Below, piece by piece: positions 63,604-64,000 of a stretch of DNA of 64,000 nt. How positions within the stretch are numbered: the first letter of the stretch is position 1; every line of letters starts with the position of its first letter. The position numbers and the translations under genes are program-made. The notes under the pieces are model-generated. The model was not told the origin of the DNA. It did not search any database and saw nothing but the letters and a program-made list of their open reading frames with translations. The DNA is from Bdellovibrionales bacterium (GTDB lineage Bacteria > Bdellovibrionota > Bdellovibrionia > Bdellovibrionales > UBA1609): positions 2,324,892 to 2,388,891 of the forward strand of contig CBDCMT010000001.1 in assembly GCA_965219095.1 (NCBI GenBank), given 5' to 3'.

Positions 63604-64000
63604 TGAACTTCCCCTGTTTTTGCGGACAGTCAATTTTCTCTTAAAGTCTCCATAAAATGGAGGTAAAAGAAAGAATGGAAAAAGTAAAACAGTACTCGGA
63701 AGAGTTTAAAAAGCAAGCCATTGAATTGGCAGAGGAAATAGGTGCAAAGGAAGCCTCAGAGAAGCTAGGACTGAGAAATTTCCAAGTGATAAGCTCTTGG
63801 AAGCGTTTTCTAAAGCCTGAAGTAGAAAGACAAGCTTCCCATGACTTGGCTTCGGCATTGGAGGAAATAAAGAGGTTAAAAAAGGAGCTGGTCTATGAGA
63901 GGCGGAGTGTAGGTATATTGAAAGAGGCAGCGGCTTTTTTTTCAAAGGAAATCCTGAAATGAGATTTAAGGCTATGTTTTATGTAAAAGAGAAAGGGCAT
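63604..64000 (+). mobile_element. IS3-family element (runs off the window); orfA 63657-63962
   Basis: TG terminus (TGAACTTCCCC...GCGGACA). OrfA HTH YSEEFKKQAI...LKEAAAFF, with ATGA overlap into orfB. Confidence 0.88.

Noticed and set aside
1-64000. CRISPR array, tRNA or rRNA genes
   Set aside because: No regularly spaced 23-47-bp repeats with unique spacers and no cas genes. No cloverleaf or T-loop (GTTCRAATC) context and no rRNA-like GC-rich tract were seen. The recurring 25-30-bp repeats are IS termini.

Overview
Low-GC (visually about one third G+C) bacterial chromosome segment. Gene content and order (mgtE-recO, smc-ftsY, tilS-ftsH, PilZ, sigma54 activator, type IV pilin, DksA) suggest a Bdellovibrionota-like organism; this is inference. 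Intact housekeeping and transport blocks (xerC, S9 peptidase, hppA, rpmB/rplX/rpsR, Na/Pi symporter, ftsY, smc, ftsH, tilS, aapJQMP, clpB, OppA, agmatinase, dksA) alternate with dense, nested insertion-sequence graveyards. These contain IS630 (3 subfamilies), ISAzo13, IS1634-like (3 types), IS66, IS481, IS110, IS3, IS5 and ISL3 and total roughly 20 kb by my hand sum, typical of a recently host-restricted symbiont. Best leads: (1) a ~260-nt 5' non-coding region of an IS110 element, present in two diverged copies with compensatory base changes, is a candidate bridge/seek-type guide RNA with an unusual three-way-junction architecture; (2) sequence-divergent perfect palindromes sit over the -10 box/start codon of three different IS1634-like elements; (3) a bipolar histone-H1-like protein; (4) a type IV pilin whose leader is now supplied by an IS66 terminal repeat; (5) fold-back and inverted-duplication junctions. 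No tRNA, rRNA or CRISPR array was found.
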